Positions 49,821 through 54,142 of a stretch of 54,142 nt of DNA are shown piece by piece. Made by a program: the position numbers and the translations under genes. The stretch is from the NCBI GenBank assembly GCA_038922795.1, contig JBCKWI010000005.1, positions 1 through 54,142 of the forward strand, in the 5' to 3' direction. The notes under the pieces are model-generated. The model was not told the origin of the DNA. It saw only the letters and a list, made by a program, of their open reading frames with translations, and did not search any database. Source of the stretch: Gammaproteobacteria bacterium (GTDB lineage Bacteria > Pseudomonadota > Gammaproteobacteria > Eutrophobiales > Eutrophobiaceae). Positions within the stretch are counted from its first letter, which is position 1. Each line of letters opens with the position of its first letter.

Positions 49821-50079
49821 ATAGGACCTCTGATTAAGTTGTTATTGTCATTTCGACCGTAGGGACGCCCTTGCATGAATGCAGGCGGTAGAACCACGCC
49901 GGGAACAGTGATCGAGAAATCCGTCGTAGGCATCCCGAACGCAAGTGAGGGATCTTAATGAGATCTCTCGGTTGCTGCTCCCGGCGCAACTCTACCTCCC
50001 CCGTCCATGGGGTCGTCCCTCCGGTCGAGACAAGGATTTCTCGCTTTGCTCGGAATGACACCTTATCAGAGATTCCCTA
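49821..50079. repeat. Composite REP element in IS5-like TIRs with two modules (49866-49915, 49968-50015)
   Basis: Homologous to 30580-30764 and 53081-53223. Confidence 0.85.
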
Positions 50080-50096
50080 TGTCATATATTTGACAT

Positions 50097-51557
50097 TTAT
50101 AGACTTTCCGGATTTATTAATGGCCGGTATATAATCGAAGTACAGAGCTTGCATACGGTATCAGTACCTGAAAAAACCACTGACTCCGGCGGCAATAACC
50201 TTAATTGATTAATCAATAACTCTGCCTCATCACTCGAAAGTGATGGCTCCCCCCATTCAATGACCTTTGCATAGTGCTCTTTATCAAGCAAATAATCCGC
50301 CAATCCTTTACCGGTTTCAGCCCCGGCTGATAGCGCCGTAGTACTTTTAAGGATTATGGTGTCCTCTGTCTGCGTTACTGGTAGCTGCCCCTGAGGTTCC
50401 GCTGATAATTCAGCCTGTGCTGCCGGTTCTATGGCATGACTCTCCGGCACATCAATTACGGCCCACTCACCCACACTCACCCTGTCTGCATAGACAGTAT
50501 CATCCTGTGGCTGGTAGATAGTTTCAACCGGGTCCGTCCGGGTGGCTGTTTCTATATCGGTATGATCGGTGTCCGGCTGATATTCCTGATGCGCAAGATC
50601 TTTCACATCTTCTGGCGCCGGAGTCGCTGTTGTCTTCCAGCCATTAAAGCTCTCCAGCAGTTGATTAAATGGCAGCAGCCAACCCGCCAGAAGCAGAATG
50701 ATAACAACCCCGGCAACCACTGCGGAAAAACGAAAATGTTGCCAACCGGCGACAAACTCACTGTCTTTAGCAGCGATTCTGACCTGTTTCGCGGAGACGT
50801 TGTGCAGGTTTGCCGCATAAGCAGCCAGCATGGCCTTGTCCGCCAAAATGTTAATTCGGCGTAGCAGTCCCCTGGAAAAACGGGCGATCACCCGGACCGA
50901 GGAGGCGCTGAATACCTCGCCACCCCGATATCCACAGGCACGCAGGCGGGAATTCAGGTAATCCTTGATCTCATTATGGTTTAATGGATTGAGGTAAAAG
51001 CTGTAAGTAATCCGTTCCTTGAGTTGCCGTATATCCCTCTGGGACAACATCTGGTCCAGTTCCGGCTGCCCGAACAGGACTATTTGTAATAATTTGTGCT
51101 GATGTGTTTCAAGATTGCTCAACAACCGGATTTCTTCCAGTGTGGCCAGCGGCATACTCTGTGCTTCTTCGACAAACAGCACCACCTGGCGGTTTTCGGC
51201 ATGCCGTTGCAACAAATATTGCTGCAAACTCTGCATGACCCGGAGGCGGTCATCCTGCGCATTGATTGCCAGCTTTAACTCTATGGCAATAGCATGCAGG
51301 ATGTTGTCCGGGGAAAGCCTGGGATTGGCGAGATAGACTACCTCAATCTTTTCCGGCAGTTCGACCGCCAGCATCCGGCACAACATGGTCTTGCCGCTGC
51401 CAACCTCACCCACCACCTTGACAATCCCTTCACCACTGGTAATGGCATAGATCATTGCATTGAGAATGGCGCCACGATTTCCGCCCGGAAAAAACAGGCT
51501 GGTATCCGGGGTAATCCTGAATGGCGGCTGATCCAGACCGAAATAATCGTAATACAC
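50097..51557 (-). CDS. ExeA/MshM-family AAA ATPase
   Basis: YFGL..PPF.ITPD, GEVGSGKT, EEAQ, GQPEL. Confidence 0.92.
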   Translation of the reverse strand: MYYDYFGLDQPPFRITPDTSLFFPGGNRGAILNAMIYAITSGEGIVKVVGEVGSGKTMLCRMLAVELPEKIEVVYLANPRLSPDNILHAIAIELKLAINAQDDRLRVMQSLQQYLLQRHAENRQVVLFVEEAQSMPLATLEEIRLLSNLETHQHKLLQIVLFGQPELDQMLSQRDIRQLKERITYSFYLNPLNHNEIKDYLNSRLRACGYRGGEVFSASSVRVIARFSRGLLRRINILADKAMLAAYAANLHNVSAKQVRIAAKDSEFVAGWQHFRFSAVVAGVVIILLLAGWLLPFNQLLESFNGWKTTATPAPEDVKDLAHQEYQPDTDHTDIETATRTDPVETIYQPQDDTVYADRVSVGEWAVIDVPESHAIEPAAQAELSAEPQGQLPVTQTEDTIILKSTTALSAGAETGKGLADYLLDKEHYAKVIEWGEPSLSSDEAELLINQLRLLPPESVVFSGTDTVCKLCTSIIYRPLINPESL

Positions 51558-52999
51558 TATTTTTTCTCCCCATTGCCCAGCCGTTCCAGCCTGCTATACA
51601 GCGTAGTACGGTTTATCCCAAGTAATCTTGCGGCCTGGCTCAGATTGCCGCTGCTCATCTCCAGTGCGGAATTGATGTAGCGCCGTTCCAGATCGCCAAG
51701 AAAACCGTCCAGTCCGAACTTCTGATCCAGCAGATTTTTGCGTATCTGGGCTTCAAAATCTTCATATTCACCAACCTCTGTATAAGGCGTAATACTCTCA
51801 AGTTCCGCCTCCAACTGTGCCCTGCTGACAGTTTTGCCTGGATATTTTGCGCCAAGCCGGATAACAATATTCCGTAACTCACGTATATTGCCCGGAAATT
51901 TATATTTCTGAAGAGTTTCTTTCGCCTCATCACTCAGCGCATACTGGCCGCCTGTGGATGAATATATTTTTATAAAGTGATCCAGCAGGAGCAGGCAGTC
52001 ATTACCGCGTTCATGCAAGGGCGGAACATTAATAGTGAGCACACTCAGGCGATGATAGAGATCCTGACGAAACGTTCCCTTCCGCACGGCTTCTTTCAGA
52101 TCACGATTGGTCGCGGCAATGATACGCGCGGATGATCGCCTTGGTTGTGTTTCACCGATCCGGTAATATTCACCATTCTCCAGCACCCGTAATAATTTTG
52201 ATTGCAGATCAACAGGCAGATCGCCAATTTCATCAAGAAACAGACTGCCTTCATTGGTTTCTTCAAAAAAACCTGTCTTGAGCGTGATGGCGCCGGTAAA
52301 TGCCCCTTTGCTGTGCCCGAATAACTGTGCTTCAAGCAACTCAGGAGTGAAAGCGGCGCAGTTAAGGGTTAAAAACGCAGACCTGACGCGTGAACTCAGA
52401 TTATGCAGACTCTCGGCAACCAGTTCCTTACCGCTGCCGGATTCCCCTTCTATCAATACCGGGAAAGGTGAATCGGCAAACTGCCGGATAAGATCGCGCA
52501 GGGTTTCAATCGCCGGACTTTCCCCAATCAGTTTGTCCTTGTCTCTCTCAACGTGCTGTTGTGCCCGTTCCGCTGTGAGCATCATGACCTGATGGGCCAG
52601 CCGCGTCTTCAACAAGGAAATATCACAAGGCTTGGGAATGAAATCAACAGCTCCCAGTGTGAGCGCATGTTGAATGTTGGCCCGTTCGTTTTGTCCGGAC
52701 AGGACCAATATTTTGATATCACGGTTCAGATTCAGCAGATCACGAATGAGGGCAAAGCCTTCTTCAGGCGAATGGGGTTTGGGTGGCAGCCCTAAATCCA
52801 CCAGCGCCAGTGAAGGGACATCTTCCAGGGTATGCAGCAGATTGTTGGCTTGAGTACGGGTTTCCGCCGGATATATCCGGTAATCATCCTGCAAGACCAT
52901 GCCAAGTGATTCAATAATCAGGGAATCGTCATCGACCAGCAATAGCCGTATTCTGGTTTCAACACCGGGCCTGGAGACACTGCTGGATTTATCAGACAA
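51557..52999 (-). CDS. sigma54-dependent response regulator (NtrC/PilR-like)
   Basis: Receiver domain, GESGSGKE, GAFTGA, Fis-type HTH. Confidence 0.93.
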   Translation of the reverse strand: MSDKSSSVSRPGVETRIRLLLVDDDSLIIESLGMVLQDDYRIYPAETRTQANNLLHTLEDVPSLALVDLGLPPKPHSPEEGFALIRDLLNLNRDIKILVLSGQNERANIQHALTLGAVDFIPKPCDISLLKTRLAHQVMMLTAERAQQHVERDKDKLIGESPAIETLRDLIRQFADSPFPVLIEGESGSGKELVAESLHNLSSRVRSAFLTLNCAAFTPELLEAQLFGHSKGAFTGAITLKTGFFEETNEGSLFLDEIGDLPVDLQSKLLRVLENGEYYRIGETQPRRSSARIIAATNRDLKEAVRKGTFRQDLYHRLSVLTINVPPLHERGNDCLLLLDHFIKIYSSTGGQYALSDEAKETLQKYKFPGNIRELRNIVIRLGAKYPGKTVSRAQLEAELESITPYTEVGEYEDFEAQIRKNLLDQKFGLDGFLGDLERRYINSALEMSSGNLSQAARLLGINRTTLYSRLERLGNGEKK

Positions 53000-53025
53000 A
53001 TTGGCAACCCCGTTGTGACTAATCT

Positions 53026-53270
53026 AACCACGGAGGACACGGATAAATGCGGGGGAATAAACCCAATAACAGAATTAATATTAAGGAATCTCTGAATAAA
53101 TTGTTTTTGTCATTTCGACCGTAGGGAGAAATCCGTTGTAAGCGTCCCGGCCAGAGTGGGGGATATGATGTAGAATTCTCCCGCTGGTCGAGACAAGGAT
53201 TTCTCGCTTTGCTCGAAATGACAGTTTTAAACAAAGTTTACTTAACTAATCTCCGTGTTCTCCGTGGTTT
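53026..53270. repeat. Nested repeats: ACCACGGAG inverted pair enclosing an IS5-like TIR and the module-free composite REP (53108-53223)
   Basis: AACCACGGAGGACACGGA / TCCGTGTTCTCCGTGGTT; both module insertion sites are empty. Confidence 0.75.
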
Positions 53271-53293
53271 CATTGTTTAATATTATAGTATTC

Positions 53294-54142
53294 CTATCCT
53301 GCCGATATCTTTTTCTCACTTCGGCGCTTGCTCAAAATCAGGTTTTTCCAGATGGCCTCGGATGCCTCAGACTGGTTCATGGTATACATATGCAATCCGG
53401 GAGCGCCATGTCCCAGCAGGTTTTCACAAAGCTGTGTGGTGACATCGATACCGAAATCGCGGATCGCCTTTCTGTCATCACCGAATTCCTGCAGTCTCTT
53501 GAGTATCCAGCGAGGAATTTCAGCACCACAGGCACCGGAGAAACGCACCAGTTGCGTACAGTTAATAATAGGCATGATGCCGGGTACGATCGGAACATCA
53601 ATGCCCACTTTTTCACAACTGTCGATAAACCTGAAATAGGCATCCGGATTGTAAAAATACTGTGTAATGGCGGAGTTGGCGCCCGCATCAATTTTGCGCT
53701 TGAAGTTCTCCAGGTCCTTTTTCGGGCTGGGGGCCTGGGGATGAAATTCGGGGTATGCCGCTACTTCAATATGGAAATGATCACCGGTTTCCTTGCGGAT
53801 GAATTCGACCAGTTCATTGGCATAACGTAATTCACCATAACTCGCCAGACCGGATGGCATATCACCACGCAAGGCCACGGTGCGTTTGATACCGGCAGCT
53901 TTATAGGTTTTCAGTACGTCCTTGATGTCAGAGGTCATGTAACCGATGCACGAGATATGCGGCGCCGCCTCGATCCCGGTTTTTTCACGGATATCCTGGA
54001 CCGTTTCAAAGGTGCGCTGACGCGTACTGCCACCGGCGCCAAAGGTAACGGAGAAAAAATCAGGATTGTATTTCGCCAGACTTTCCTGTGTCATCTGCAA
54101 TTTGCCGACGGCTTCAGGCGTCCTGGGTGGAAAAAATTCAAA
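53294..54142 (-). CDS. metF: 5,10-methylenetetrahydrofolate reductase (5' end outside window)
   Basis: FEFFPP, SVTFGAGGST, ALRGD, AAYPEFHP, ITQY, HMYTMN. Confidence 0.96.
   Translation of the reverse strand, partial: FEFFPPRTPEAVGKLQMTQESLAKYNPDFFSVTFGAGGSTRQRTFETVQDIREKTGIEAAPHISCIGYMTSDIKDVLKTYKAAGIKRTVALRGDMPSGLASYGELRYANELVEFIRKETGDHFHIEVAAYPEFHPQAPSPKKDLENFKRKIDAGANSAITQYFYNPDAYFRFIDSCEKVGIDVPIVPGIMPIINCTQLVRFSGACGAEIPRWILKRLQEFGDDRKAIRDFGIDVTTQLCENLLGHGAPGLHMYTMNQSEASEAIWKNLILSKRRSEKKISAG

Overview
Gammaproteobacterial chromosome segment in three parts. (1) 1-9414: the end of an AT-richer integrative element at the 3' end of tRNA-Phe(GAA). It carries a split tyrosine integrase, a stand-alone family-A/T7-like polymerase-fold protein, two DUF1413-like paralogues each followed by the same terminator block, a HEPN-like gene and small ORFs. 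(2) 9415-28000: housekeeping genes (yggX, mutY, asmA, argH, algZ/algR, gshA, rsmE, bioA, hspQ, rsd, Ser/Thr kinase, Na+/H+ antiporter). (3) 28700-54142: an MSHA/type IV pilus-like locus with a sigma54 regulator, a histidine kinase and a partial metF, interrupted by TA cassettes. Two hidden layers stand out. First, a 48-bp (and related ~51-bp) module with a covarying C-ANGGAN-G hairpin (CsrA/RsmA-type motif) inserts without target duplication into REP/MITE palindromes, into itself (triple nest at 39876-40019) and in frame into a gene; empty and filled sites are both present in the window. Second, ~0.8-1.1 kb TA cassettes with no recombinase gene are flanked by 49-61 bp direct repeats that copy the neighbouring host gene's terminus. 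All calls are by eye; no searches were run.
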